64,000 bases of DNA from the human T2T-CHM13v2.0 reference genome, Homo sapiens. Under the pieces are notes generated by a model. That model saw only the letters and a list, made by a program, of their open reading frames with translations. It was not told where the DNA came from and searched no databases. The position numbers and the translations under genes are program-made. The stretch lies in the NCBI RefSeq assembly GCF_009914755.1, contig NC_060940.1. One strand, written 5' to 3'. This document shows, in pieces, positions 32,312 to 47,970 of the stretch (the stretch's first letter is position 1; each line of letters begins with the position of its first letter).

Positions 32312-32751
32312 TGTAGTGGATACTGTGGTGTGCCACCAGGATCCCTCTCTCAGCACAGAGGCACTCCTGCCCCAAGCCACGCAGAGTATTGGCTCTGACC
32401 ACTCACGGCTTCAGTATTTCCGTAGGATTTGCCCTGAGGGAGCTGCAGTGCCCAAGGTTATGCCCTCTTCCAGGGGCAGCTCACAGTCTATGATTGGTTG
32501 CTGGTGGGGAATGGGCTTATAAATGCTCTTCCCCAGCCTCAGTAGGGAACAAGTCTAAGGGGCCATCCCAGCTACAGAGCTCCCTCATGGATCAGGTGAC
32601 ACCTCTGTTGCAGCTACATTGCAGTTCAGTTTCTCGATTTCATCCTGCTTCCCCCATTCCTTGCAGGAGTTCCTCCCAAGGTTATTCCCTGAGAAGCCGC
32701 CTGCATACAATATCCAGATCAGTCTTTTTTCAGGGAACCCGACTTAAGATG
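32312..32751 (+). mobile_element. LTR16C-like ERVL solo LTR
   Basis: tgtagtggatactgtggtgtgcc...gcccaaggttatgccc...gggaacccgacttaaga. Confidence 0.85.
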
Positions 32752-32843
32752 CCTTGTTTAATGTTTGTATCTTTTCTCTAAAATATAAGCTTTTTGTAGG
32801 GACTGACTATTCTGTCTTGTTCATTTTGTGTCACCATGTCTAG

Positions 32844-33180
<337 letters not shown>

Positions 33181-33915
33181 TAAGTGAATGAACAGGTTTC
33201 CTAAACACACACACAGGAGTGCCCTGATATATACAGTTTTTCAGAGTTGTGATTAGAGAATAGGTTATCTGGAAGTGCCTTCCTGTGGGAGTGTGAGCTT
33301 GCATAGGCTCCCCCAGCATGGAGCCATCACTAGCAATGGCTGTGTCTTCCACGAGCTATTTCCAGGGTTCCATCAGCAAACAGTGGTCACGATTTATAAA
33401 ACGTTCACACAAGAACATTTGGGCTGCATTCTACATCATTTTAGTACAGAGAGGTTGTTCCTTGGGGCCTTTAATTTTCTAGCTTTCATTATTGAGAGAG
33501 TAAAATGTATCACTTGCATTCCAAAATTGATTTTTATTTCCCAAAAGAAGCCCATAAAAATAAATAACTTCCCGGGAGGGAAAACAGAAAAGCACTCTAT
33601 ACACTGGGCAATTTGTTAAAAAAGAAAAGAAAAGGAAAGGAAGCCTGGAGCGACAAAGCAATCTAAACATTTAGATTGTATCTCTTGTATTCCCCCACTC
33701 CCCCTGCACCTTAAATAAATAAAAAAAAAAAAAAAAAAAAAAAACTTGAGGCCTGCTGGACTTTGAAAATGCCCATGTTGTTGAGAAAACTCTGTTGGGC
33801 AGCTTCATGGGACAGCATCCTTTGGAGCACTGCCTCATGGTTCACACCCCTGGTATCCCAACCCACTGCTATGTTGTTATTAGCAAGATACGTTTCCAGT
33901 ATCTCATTACTAATT

Positions 33916-34300
33916 GTATCAGTAAGCATTTGCTGTGTAACAAATTGCTGCAAGGGTAGTGGGCTTAAAACAACATTCTTTCTCTCAATTTTGTGGGTCT
34001 TCTGGGAGGTTCTTGTGATCTGGGCCAGCTTGTCTGGGGCTGGAGGGTCTGTGAGGCCCTCACTCTCACATCTGGTGGTTGGCTCAGTGTCAGCTGGAGG
34101 GACAGGGATGCCTTGGCCATTGCCTGCCACCACCCAGCAGGCTAGCCTTTGCCTGCTCACTGGCATCTCAAGAGCAGTAAGTGAGGGCATTTCAATCCAA
34201 GCCCCAATTCCCAAGCACTTTTGAGGATTCTGTTTGCATCGCATTGGCTAATGTCCCAGTCACATGACCAAACCCAGATGCAGGGAATGGAGAAATGAAT
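33916..34300 (-). mobile_element. MLT1H-like MaLR LTR
   Basis: tgtatcagt...gctgtgtaacaaa...ggcttaaaacaaca...cctcactctcacatctgg. Confidence 0.7.
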
Positions 34301-34629
34301 TGTTGTTCTTTCCTTGACATTTTACTTTCTCAAGTATAAAGGGGGGTTTGTAGGCAAGGAAGATGCCAAGTAGTCCCATTTTATAGCTAATAAACTGAGA
34401 ACCAGAGAGGTTGAGCAACTGGTCTGAAGTCACGCAGCAAGCCCAGAACACACTGGGTAACCAATCCACTGGGGGTGAGTTCACCCTGTGCAGCCACATT
34501 TGATCTCCCCTTGCTTCATTCCCTCCAGCACTCTGGCAGCCAGGAGGACAGCTCCCTGTGGGGACTGTGACATTACTGGCCCCTCACTCAGCTCTTCTTG
34601 TGCCAATTAGAATGCATACTTATTTTTTT

Positions 34630-35439
<810 letters not shown>

Positions 35440-36820
35440 TAAGGGGAGAAAGAATGGAGTTTGCAGCATGCGCTTAGGGAACCCAGTATCATGATGATAG
35501 AGGAGTGAGTAGCCTGCATGAATGCTGCTGTGGCAGGAAGAATGTTTGAGAACTTGAGCACTAGAGTGTGAGATTTCTGGTTGTCTTGGCTCCATTCAGG
35601 GAATTCTTAGGACTCTGGGAAGGACATACCAGGATATTTATGGCATCACTGTTTGTGGTGGCAAAAAGCTAATAGCCTCCTGAATGCCCGTTTTTGAAGG
35701 CTGAACATGTTGTAGTCTGTCCATGCTGTGGTATAACTTGCAGTTGAAAAAGAATGAGTTTCAAACTGACTGACATATTGTTGGGTGGGAAAAGCATTTT
35801 GCAGAGCAGCGTGTATAGTGTGATTCCGTTTTTGTACAGTAACCCTCCCAGTCCATTTGTTTCTAGGTGATTGTCTCAGCCAGGAGAAAGGTAGGAAAGA
35901 GTAAACACCAGGTTGCCGTCCTTCTTACCTGGCAGTTGGGGAGGAGGAGAAAGATAGAATGGGAAAGCAAGTAGGTAAAGGGAGCTTGAAAAAAAAATCA
36001 TAGCAAATGGGAACATACACATAGATTTAATTTGGTGTCCCTTTTCTAACTTTTTGAGATAGATATAGCATTGATTTTTCAGCCTATCTTCTTTCCTAAT
36101 ATGTACATTAAGGCTACACATTTTCCTTTAAGCACAGCTTTAGTTGACTCTCACAAGTTTTGAATATTTTTGAATTTTCATGATGATTTTTCCTATGATT
36201 TATTCAAAAGTGTATGTTTAATTTTCAAGCATTTGTAAATATTCTAGTTATCTTTTTGTTATTGATAGTTTGTTTCCACCACAGTCTGAAAACATACATA
36301 ATTTCATTCATTTGACATTTGGGTAAATATTCCATGTGCACTTACAAAGAATATGTATCCTGTGTTTGTTGGATGCCATATTGTGTGTGTGTAAATTAGT
36401 TTCGTTAGTTGTGTTGTTCATATTTTCTATATCTTGTTTGATTTTTATTTTGCTTGCTTGTTCTGTTACTGAAAGAATTGGATTTAAGTCTCCTATTATG
36501 ATTCTGGGTTTTTTTCCTTTCAGTTTTATCAATTTTTGGTTTGTATATTTTGAAGCAATGTTATTATTATAAAATATAATTGATATCTCCTCGGTGAATT
36601 GATCCTTTTATCATTCTGAAAGGTATCTGTTTATCTCAAATAATGCTTCTTGCCTTAAAGCCTACTTTGCCTCTTGTAAATATACCAGTTTTCTTTTGGT
36701 TGATGTTTTATGATGTGTGTGTTTATATGTATATACATATATACATATATATAGACCGAATATATGTATTATATATGTTTTATATAATGTTTTATGGTGT
36801 GTGTGTATATATATATATAA

Positions 36821-36910
36821 AAAGACTGAAAGGGAAAAGGGGGAAATATATCTATATATAAAATAATATAAATATATATATATTTTTCCCCCTTTTCCCT
36901 TTCAGTCTTT
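36821..36910. repeat. Perfect 26-bp inverted repeat with AT-rich spacer
   Basis: aaagactgaaagggaaaagggggaaa (36821-36846) is the exact reverse complement of 36885-36910. Confidence 0.95.
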
Positions 36911-37537
36911 CTGTAGCCTTACATTTAGAGTGTGTCTTTTATAAGCACAATTTTTAATACAGTCTGACAATAGTTGATTTTAATTGGAGCATTTAGACCA
37001 TTTACATTTTATATAATTGCTGATATATTTGAGTCTATATCTACCACTTCCTATGATTTTTCGTTTGTCCCATGTGTTTTACATTCCTTTTTCTCTTTAT
37101 TATTGCCTTTTGGGGATCACTTAAGTATATTTTATTATTTCATATTCCTTTCTATTAACTAATTAGTCATGTATTGTTTTTATTATTTTTATATTGATTC
37201 TAGAGATTGCAATATGCATCTTTGGATTTTAGAATTTAATATATTAGTACTTTTATTACGTTCCAAATGATCCTAGGTTCTTTAACATTTTAGTCCTGTT
37301 TACCCCATCCTACCATACACATTGTAATTTTACATGTGATTTAAACTACATTATGATAATGCTTCATATAATCAGCATTTACTTGGATTTAATAATATAT
37401 TTACCCTTTCTGTTAGTTTTCATTCTTTCTTACATTTTCACATTTCCATCTGGGATCATTTTCTTTCTCTCTAAAGAACGTCTTTTATTATTTAGTTTAG
37501 GCCTGCTGCAAATACATCTTAAGATACTTGTATTTCA

Positions 37538-37666
37538 AGCTGGGCACAGTGGCACATGCCTGTAGTCCCAGCTATTCAGGAGTCTGAGACAGGAGGATTG
37601 CTTGAGCTCAAGACTTCAAGTCCAGTCTGGGCAACATCGTGAGATCCCATCTCTGGGGAAAAAAAA
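37538..37666 (+). mobile_element. Alu monomer (FLAM-like)
   Basis: Single arm plus A tail. Confidence 0.85.
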
Positions 37667-37884
37667 TCTTTATTTCACATTCACCCTTGGATAGAATTTG
37701 AAACTGGCTGTTATTTTCTTTCGGCACTTTAAATATACCATCCCGTTGTTCTTCTTCCATCATTTTTGTTGATTTTGTCAGTCTTATTGTGGCTCTTTTG
37801 AAGTCCTATTGTTGCCTTTATGCAATCTGTATGATTTTAGATTTTCTCTCTCTCTTTGATTTTCAGCAATGTGACTGTGATGTT

Positions 37885-37886
<2 letters not shown>

Positions 37887-37924
<38 letters not shown>
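37887..37924. repeat. (TG)19 microsatellite
   Basis: Direct reading. Confidence 0.95.
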
Positions 37925-37928
<4 letters not shown>

Positions 37929-38664
37929 TATGTGTTTATCTTGGTTGGTGTTTCTTTACTTCTTGCCTCTTTAACTTGATGTTTTTCATTAGTATTTTCT
38001 TGTCCATTGTCTGCCCTATCCTTTTCTCTCCTTTTCATGCTTGACTTTGATTATATGTATGTTAGACCTTGGTACTGTGTCCTCTGTCTCTGACACTCTC
38101 TTCTGTACTCTCTGTCTCTTTTAATCTTTATGCCATAGTCTGATTTTTCTTAATAATCTGTTTTTCAGCTCACTGATTTGCCTTCTAACTGCTTCCAATC
38201 TGCTGCTAAGCCATGCATTGAGTTATTAATTTTAAGTATTGCATTTTAAATAAACTTTTTATTTTAGAATAGTTTTAGATGTACAGAAAAGTTGCAGAGG
38301 ATAGACTTCCCGTATACCTTTCACTCAGTTTTCCATTATTAACACGTTACATGACCATGACACATCCGTCAAAATGAAGATGTTAACACTAATTAGTACT
38401 GTATTGTTAACTAAACTCCAAACTTTATTTGGATTTTCCTTTTTTTTTTCACGATATTCTTAGTGTATTCCAGGATCTCATGTAGGATACCAAATTACAT
38501 TAAGTTGTCATGTTTCCTAAGTGTCCTCTGGTTTATGACAATTTCTCAATCGTTTCTTATTTTTCATGACCTTGACAGTTTTGAGAAGTACTGGTCAAGT
38601 ATCTGGTAGAATGTCCATCCACTTGGGAATTATTGTATGTTTAATTCTAAAGCTTTCATTTGCT

Positions 38665-38963
38665 TTATTTAGTTATTTTGAGACAAGGGTCTTGCTCTGT
38701 CACCCAAGCTGGAGTGCAGTGGCACAATCATCACTCATTGCAGCCTTGAACTCCTGGCCTCAAGCAATCTTCCCACCTCAGCCTCCTGAGAAGCTGGGAC
38801 CACAGGTGCATGCCACTGAGCTTGGCTAATTTTTAAAAATTTTTGTAGAGATGAGGTCTCGCTGTGTTGCCCCAGGCTGGTCTTGAACTCCTGGCCTCAA
38901 GTGATCACCCCTCCTCAGCCTCCTAAAGTGTTGGGATTACAGGTGTGAGCCACTGTACCCAGT
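38665..38963 (-). mobile_element. AluJ
   Basis: Antisense Alu. Confidence 0.88.
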
Positions 38964-39114
38964 CAGTTTCTTTTTTGTAACCAATAGTTCTCTGGTGAAA
39001 CTTTCCACATTGTCATCCTTTCTCCCTTCTTTTAAACATCTTAATAAGTTATTTTAAAGTTCATGTTTGATAATTCCAGTGTCTGAATCACCCATGGATC
39101 TGCCCTCTTGTCTG

Positions 39115-39408
<294 letters not shown>

Positions 39409-39494
39409 GGTGTTTTTTGCTTCTGGTCCTATTTCTTGGCATGTTTGGAAGTTTTGTTTGAATTTCAGATGATTCCTTGCTAAATTAGAAAGCT

Positions 39495-39772
39495 GTTGGA
39501 CAGGTGTGGTGGCTCATGCCTGTAATCTCAGCACTTTGGGAGGACAAGGTGGGTGGATCATCTGAGATCAGGAGTTTGAGATCATCCTGGCCAACATAGT
39601 GAAGCCCCATCTCTACCAAAAATACAAAAATTAGCCTGGCATGGTGGCACATGCCTGTAATCCCAGCTACTGGGGAGGCTGAGGCACGAGAATCACTTGA
39701 ACCTGGGAGGCGGAGGTTACAGTGAGCCTGGGTGACAGAGCGAGACTCCGTCTCAAAAAAAAAAAAAAAAAA
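39495..39772 (+). mobile_element. AluS (internal deletion in right arm)
   Basis: Sense Alu about 90 bp from the preceding antisense Alu. Confidence 0.88.
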
Positions 39773-40769
39773 GAGAGAGAGAGAGAGCTGAGGAAGAGGT
39801 TATTTTCCATGCAGGTTGGGGTCACCCTTCTGGTGGTGATCGAGCTCACTGTGTGCTGGTTTATAGCCTTCGTAAGGTTTGTTCTATTTCTGGTTCATTT
39901 CCACTCCTATGGTGTAGAGGTTTCCAACTCTGAGGCTGAAGACTTGCCAGGGCCCTCCTTTTAACTGGGTCCTGAACCCCAATTTTTGTTTCTCTAGCAC
40001 CATAAGCCTGACAAAACCTCTCAGCTGATTTCTGTTTTGTGTCTCAACCTCTGCAGTGTGATTGGTAGAGACTCAAGAGAAAAATCAATGCCTAGCGTTG
40101 AGTTCACTTCTCTGCTCTTCCCCTCCCACTATGATTTGGCCCCTCAAGTCCTGCCTTCCCTGGAAGCTTTGATTCCTAGCCCCAAGAATAAGCTTCAAGC
40201 TCTGGTGGCCTCCCTCCTTCTTAGCAGGTGCCCTCTGTCTAGCTTCTTAGTCCTTTGCCCTGTGTTGAGAATTGATTTATGGCCCAAAGGAAAAAAAAAA
40301 AAAAACCACACACAGAATATTGGACTTATCTTAATTCTAATTCCTTCAAAATTCCAGTTTCTTGAAAAATATTTTTTATCTGGCTTTTATAGTTGCTCTC
40401 AGTGGGAGAGCTACTTTATCATTGCCCCAAGTGGTATGATATTAAATAAAAATATAAAATACAAAATAGATTTAGAGTGGTATAATTATGTAAAAATTGA
40501 ATGTTAACATGGAAAAAGACCAGAAGGTGAATATACAAATGAAAGCATTTATTTAATTTTGGGATAAGATCTAAGGTAATATTTGTTTGGTTCAGAAAAT
40601 TATTTTTAAAGAAGGGTGTTGTGAGCATCAGTGATAGAGTGAGGAATCCTCATTTCTTTCAGATCCTGGTAGGGGACCCTGAGAACTTTGGGGAGTGAAG
40701 ATAGTGAAGTAAAGGTTGCTAAGCATTCTGCTAGAACACTATGGAGACAGCGATATAAAATAAGAGCCA

Positions 40770-41000
40770 ATAATAACAAAGTAGCACATAGTGAATGTTT
40801 ACCATATGCCAGACATTCTATTAATTTATAATGATTGTAACATTCCTATGAGCCAACATCCTTATCATTAGCCCCATTTTTTAAACAAGGAGACTGAGTT
40901 ACCGAGAAGTTAGGTAACTTTCAGGTCACAAAGCTGCTCTATGGCAGAGCTGATCTGCCAGGATCTCTGGGTTTAAGCTCCTCACCATCACACTTGACTA
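40770..41000 (-). mobile_element. MIR
   Basis: accatatgccagaca...ccccattt...gactgag...taactttcaggtcaca. Confidence 0.7.
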
Positions 41001-41273
41001 ATTTGGTATAGAAAGTGGCTTTAGATCAGATAAGGGTACATGAAATGCAGGAGGTGCCGTGTTAGAGGACAGTTTGGTCCAGTCCCCATGTCCTGGGGCA
41101 AATGAAGCAGATGGCCTCAGAACAGCCTGTTTTTAAATCATGTAAGACTGACTTCTTTCAGCTGCTGGATTCCTGCCTCCCAGAGTGAGACGTTGAAGTT
41201 TGGCCCGGAAGAGGCTGAGCACTGGGGACGAGCAGTGCTGTGCTGTGTATAGAGTGCTTAAAACAGTGCCTGG

Positions 41274-41599
<326 letters not shown>

Positions 41600-41817
41600 T
41601 CAATAAAAGTTGTCATTGTTATTGTCATGACATCATCAGAGCCTAGAACAAATCACAAAACCTGTATATTCTCTCTGGGCTGGAGGTCTTAAGATTCTTC
41701 TCCATTCCCAACGGGTACTCCCGAGATGACGTGATTCATGGCCATTCCTTCCTTCCTTCAGTGTGTGGCTCACACTGTGCTGGGCTATGGCGTCACCACT
41801 GTCAATACGACAAATAA

Positions 41818-42261
<444 letters not shown>

Positions 42262-42349
42262 TTGAAACCAGGGAATTTAATGACATTTAAAAATCATTTA
42301 TTAAGTATATATGAAATATATAGAAAATAGTATCCCAGGCACCTAATAG

Positions 42350-42610
42350 AACAGAATAATAATAATGACTAGGAGTTGTTGAGTGTAAAATAGGTTGCAG
42401 TCATTACAACGCATATAATAGCATGAAGTATATAGCTCCTCAGCCCTCTCAGCCATCTTATGAGGGAACACTGTTGCTATTCTCATATTACAGATGAGGA
42501 AACTGAGGCTCAGAGAGGTTAAGTAATCCTCCAAGCCTCCGCAGCCAGGAAGTGGTATCACTTTGAACTCAAACTCAGGTCTGTTTGATCCTGAGGCCAA
42601 GCCCTTGGCC
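42350..42610 (-). mobile_element. MIR
   Basis: ttacagatgaggaaactgaggctcagagaggttaagtaa. Confidence 0.85.
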
Positions 42611-43134
42611 AGAAAAATTAGGAAGTCATAGTCCCTTCCCTTAAGGAGCTCTATTTAATATAGCAGAACAAGTAAAGCAAGTACATATCTCTCTAAAGTA
42701 TACTGTGTCACTGAAGATAAGAAAGGAAGAAATCCTGTGATGGGTCAGATGAAGTCAGGAAAGGCTTCTGGGAAGAGGTGGCCTTATAGATCTAACTAGA
42801 AGGATGAATGAGCTTTGGGCCAAAGGCAAGGGAGGGAACCATCTGGACAAAGGGTAGTTAGTACACACTGTGACCTGAAGAGGGAGCTCAAAGCCCCCCT
42901 CCACTCCAGGGCTGATGTGAGGATGTGAGTTAAGGACTTGGATGCTGCTCTTGGGGCTTTCAGAGATAGGGGAGGAGCTTAATGACCTCGTCTTCATGAT
43001 ATACCCTAAGCATTCTCTCTTGGCTTTCCATTTGAGACTTACTCTGCCTTCAGACCTCTCAGAACTCTGCATATCTGGTATGGTAAGAGGAGCCTGAGCT
43101 ACCTCTTCTCTGCATTGCCTTGAAAACAAAACAT

Positions 43135-43275
43135 GGCCGGGCACGATGGCTGACGTCTGTAATCCTAGCACTTTGAGAGGCCAAGGCGGGTGGATCGCTT
43201 GAGCTCAGGAGTTTGAGACTAGCCTGGGTAACATGGTGAGACCCTGTCTAAAAAAAAAAAAAAAAAAAAAAAAAA
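43135..43275 (+). mobile_element. Alu left monomer with long A tail
   Basis: ggccgggcacg...gagaccctgtct followed by an A run. Confidence 0.85.
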
Positions 43276-43869
43276 GACAAACAGGACTGGGGAAAAGGAA
43301 TAAGAGGAGCCCGTCCAACCTTCCAATTTCCACCAATTTTAATGTGGATCCAGAATTGAGAATGCTAGTCTAGCTCAACTCAACAGGGCCAGTGGTTCTA
43401 CTTGTGATTGGGGGTAAAGGTCCTAGGGTAGTAAAGAGAGTGAGTACCTGCCTGGCTTGTCCGCTCTGCACATGTCTCTGGGCAGTAGCTGTGGGATGTG
43501 GTCCTGGACACTAGATCCCATCTGTCTCCTCCTATGGAGGCAGGATCTTACAGGGAACAGCCGGCAGCCAAGGCTAGCTGGAGTCTGGCCTACACCATAT
43601 AAGGAGATGGTGCAGGAAAGGCTGAAAGTTATGGTGGGGGCCGAAGAGGGCGTTGAGTTGCAGTAACCATGCCCAAGCCTTTGTGGAGTTAATGATCACA
43701 GTGGACACATTCTGGAGGGGTCGTCGGCATCACTGGGCCCTGCTCCAGGATCTCAGCAAGGATGTTATTATTATCATGAGGGTGCCCAATTCAGTTTGCT
43801 ACTTGTTTATGGGCTGATTGCAATTTGGATAGAGTTTAACCCCCACCCCACCCCCGCCTTTTGTTTTTA

Positions 43870-44693
<824 letters not shown>

Positions 44694-45145
44694 TAACTCT
44701 CTCTCTCTTTTTAAGGCTGTTTAAAAATGAAACTATTCAGTAGCTCAAGTATACCTTACTGTAAAGAGGAAGTATTTATGCAGTGCTCAGTCATCTTGAT
44801 CAGAGATGATTATCAAAACATCAAAATATCTCTATGCCAGCTGGCAACTAAGAAATACCACCAGATGTCCTCTGCCTCTCTGGCCTTGTTAGTTTCTTCT
44901 CCAAGAGCCCTTGGATGTGATCTGATAATGAAAAGGTGAATGTCTAGTTCAGTGGGAGCCTTCACATCTACCCCAGGGCTTTGGCTGTCTCCAATCTGAT
45001 GGATAAACCGCTTGCTAAATATTTTGACTATCAGCCCTGTGATTAAGGTCAGGATTAGAACTGTTGTATTTGTAAGAACCTCTCCTAAAGATGGCCTCCC
45101 ATTGCCCACCTGTTTGAATCCTACCTGCCTTAAACATTTTTGCCA

Positions 45146-45447
45146 TTTTTATTTATTTCTTAGAAACAGGATCTTGCTCTGTCTCCCAGGCTGGAGTACG
45201 GTGGTACAATGTTGGCTCATTGCAGCCTCAGACTCCTGGGCTCAAGTGATCCTCCCGCCTCAGCCCCTTGAGTTACTGGGACTACAGGCGCATGCCACCA
45301 TGTCTGGCTAATCGTGAAAATTGTTTTTGTAGAGACAAAGTCTTGCTATGTTGCCCAGGCTAATCTCAAATTCCTGGCCTCAAGTGATCCTCCCTCCTTG
45401 ACCTCTCAAATTGCTGGGATTACAGGTGTGAGCCATTGCGCCTGGCC
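45146..45447 (-). mobile_element. AluJ
   Basis: Antisense Alu. Confidence 0.88.
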
Positions 45448-45673
45448 GGTTTTTTAAATGTCTCAGTCTAAAGTTCAATATTCATCCCCTAGCCCCTAAG
45501 CCATGTTTTTAACACCTCGATAAACGATGTGCTGACTTTACCTAAAATGTGTCCAGTATTCCTTCTGAGATGGAAAGATGCTATTTTGGGGGTAAATATG
45601 TTGATCTTTTCCAGAAGGAGTCCAAGACAGCTGATGATAGCTTTTGCTTGTTCTCTATAGAAGAGCAAGTGAT

Positions 45674-45960
45674 GGCCGGGCGTGGTGGCTCACGCCTGTA
45701 ATCCCAACACTTTGGGAGGCCGAGGCAGGCGGATCACGAGGTCAGGAGATCGAGACCATCCTGGCTAACATGGTGAAACCCCGATACAAAAATATTAGCC
45801 GGGCGTGGTTGGTGGCGGGCGCCTGTAGTACCAGCTGCTGGGGAGGCTGAGGCAGGAGAATGGCATGAACTCAGGAGGTGGAGCTTGCAGTGAGCCGAGA
45901 TCATGCCACTGCACTTCAGTCTGGGTGACAGAGCAAGACTCCATCTCAAAAAAAAAAAAA
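45674..45960 (+). mobile_element. AluY
   Basis: gagatcgagaccatcctggctaac, gagaatggc and ggagcttgcag diagnostics; 15-bp TSD agaagagcaagtgat. Confidence 0.93.
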
Positions 45961-46084
45961 GAAGAGCAAGTGATGTGTTTAAGACACACCTCGAAGCTAC
46001 TGCCATAGAATGTGTGACCATGGTTATGGATTTCATAAGGGGCACCCTAAGAGGGAAAAATAATCTGACCCAGATGGATCTTCC

Positions 46085-46355
46085 GAGGCACTGTGATGTC
46101 GTGCCTAAGAGTGCAGCCTTGGGAGGAAGACAGAGAGGGTTCAAATCCCGCTCTACTGTTATCAGCTCTCTGTATACCTTGGACAAGTCACTCAACCCCC
46201 TCAGCTGTCAGGTTCCACATCAGTAAAATGGGGAAAACAGTAACACTCACATCATAAGGTTCTTGTAAGGATTCAATGAGATAATTCATGTGCAGTCCTT
46301 AGAATAGTGCTTGGCTCATATAGTAAGAGCTCATTCACCGTCAACTATTATTATT
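46085..46355 (+). mobile_element. MIR (near full length)
   Basis: gggttcaaatcccgctctac...accttggacaagtcactcaacc...gtaaaatgggg. Confidence 0.85.
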
Positions 46356-46591
46356 TAATCTATTTTCTATCATATTTTGGAATAAAACATTTTGGCTTAC
46401 TAAAAAAGAACAAAAAGAACATGTATTTAAAATCAGTAGGCAACAGTGAGTCAGTGAGGATGTTCTGAGAGTAGGAATGACATGATAAGATCTGCGTTCT
46501 GGGAAGATTAATTTGTCTGAAGCTTATAGGGTGACCTGAAAGGAGACGAGGAGGGGAGGGAAATCTGTAAGGAGGCTGATGCAACGGTCTA

Positions 46592-47096
46592 AGCTGCTTT
46601 GTGCAATATGGCAGCCACTAGCCACGTGGGGCTGTTTAAATTTAAATTAACGAGCTTGGCCTGGTGGCTCACACCTGTAATCCCAAAACTTTGGGAGGCC
46701 AAGGTGGAAGGATTGCTTGAGGCCAGGAGTTTGAGACCAATCTGAGCAACATAGCAAAAACTTGCCTCTACAAAAAATAAAGTTAGCCAAATGTGGTGGG
46801 ATATGCCTATAGTCCCAGCTACTCGGGAGGCTGAGGCAGAAGGCTCACATGAGCCCAAGAGGTTGAGACTACAGTGAGTCATGATTGCACCACGCACTCT
46901 AGCCTGGGTGACAGAACAAGACCCTATCTCAAAAAAAAAAAAAAAAAATTTAATTAAAGAAAATTAAATAAAATGCAAAACTCAATTTTTCCAACACAAT
47001 AGCCACATTTCAGGTATTCAGTGGCCTCATGTGGCTAGTGGTTACTATACTGGACATCAAACACTTCCATTATTTTAGAAAGTTCTATTGGACAGT
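46592..47096. mobile_element. MER33/MER3-like hAT MITE split by AluJ (46653-46947, +)
   Basis: caatatggcagccactagccacgtgg...gccacatttcag...gaaagttctattggacag. Confidence 0.8.
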
Positions 47097-47615
47097 GTAA
47101 CTGTAATAGGTTCACTGCCCAATGCATGCAGCAAGTCAATACACTAAGCCACTGAGTTGCAGCAGAGAAACAGGTTTAATTGTAGGGAAGAGACAGGAGG
47201 AAACCTCAAATCCATCTCCCAGAGGAGTCTGGGGCTAGGATTTTTAAGGGTTTTGCAGTGGGCTGAAGTGTGGAGATTGTTGATTGGTGGAAAAGAGCAG
47301 GATGGAGTCATGGGACAGGGAGATAAAGAAGCTGTGTTCTCTTGCTGATTCAGTTCCTCTGTTTGGGGTCTTTAAACTGGTTGGCATCAGCTATTCTGCT
47401 GGAATTCAGGATCTGTTTAAGCAACTCTTAAACAAAAGCCTATGATTCTAATGTCAGAAATCCTATCTGTAGGAACAACGAGGTTGCAAATGGTCAGTAT
47501 CCAGTGTTACCTGACTTTTAGTTGCAAGGAAGTGGGTCAAAGTTAGCCTGATTAATGCTGAATTGTAACTATATTTCTGTCCAGAATTCTTCCTACCCTG
47601 GTGAGGCTGGCTTCA
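47096..47615 (-). mobile_element. ERV1 (MER4-group) solo LTR, subfamily uncertain
   Basis: Reverse complement tgaagcc...ctggacagaaatatagttacaattcagcattaatcaggct; opposite end ...ttaca. Confidence 0.7.
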
Positions 47616-47631
47616 ACAACACTGGTCAAAA

Positions 47632-47970
47632 GCAGTGGTTTTCATACATGAGTGTCACATCAGAGTCATCTGGAAAGTGTGTTAAAATACAGGTTGCTGG
47701 GTTCCATCCTCAATTCAGCAGGTCTGAGCAGGGCCTGAGATCATGCATTTCTTTTTTTTTGTTTGTTATTATACTTTAAGTTCTAGGGTACGTGTGCACA
47801 ATGTGCAGGTTTGTTACCTATGTATACATGTGCCATGTTGGTGTGCTGCACCCACTAACTCGTCATTTACATTAGGTGGGAGGAATAACATTAGGAGATC
47901 ATGCATTTCTAATGAGTTCCCAGGTGATGCTGACGCTGCTAGTCTGGGCCACACCCTTTGAGAACCACTC
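47632..47970. mobile_element. MER5A split by L1PA insertion
   Basis: cagtggttttca...catcagagtca...ttcccaggtgatgctga...ctttgagaaccac. Confidence 0.8.
47753..47894 (-). mobile_element. Very short 5'-inverted L1PA insertion
   Basis: ttattatactttaagttctagggtac 3' end; 16-bp TSD gagatcatgcatttct at 47737-47752 and 47895-47910. Confidence 0.92.

Larger units (their letters stand above)
36020..38630 (-). mobile_element. Old L1M fragments (ORF2 endonuclease-region and 3' remnants)
   Basis: T-rich antisense L1; minus-strand ORF 36308-36532 reads IIIGDLNPILS...QDIENMNNT, like L1 ORF2 EN (IIVGDFNTPLS...KDIEDLN). Confidence 0.75.

Noticed and set aside
33711-33743. AATAAA followed by a long A run as a processed-pseudogene end
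   Set aside because: No recognisable upstream mRNA or retroelement body and no TSD; also a likely internal-priming artefact site.
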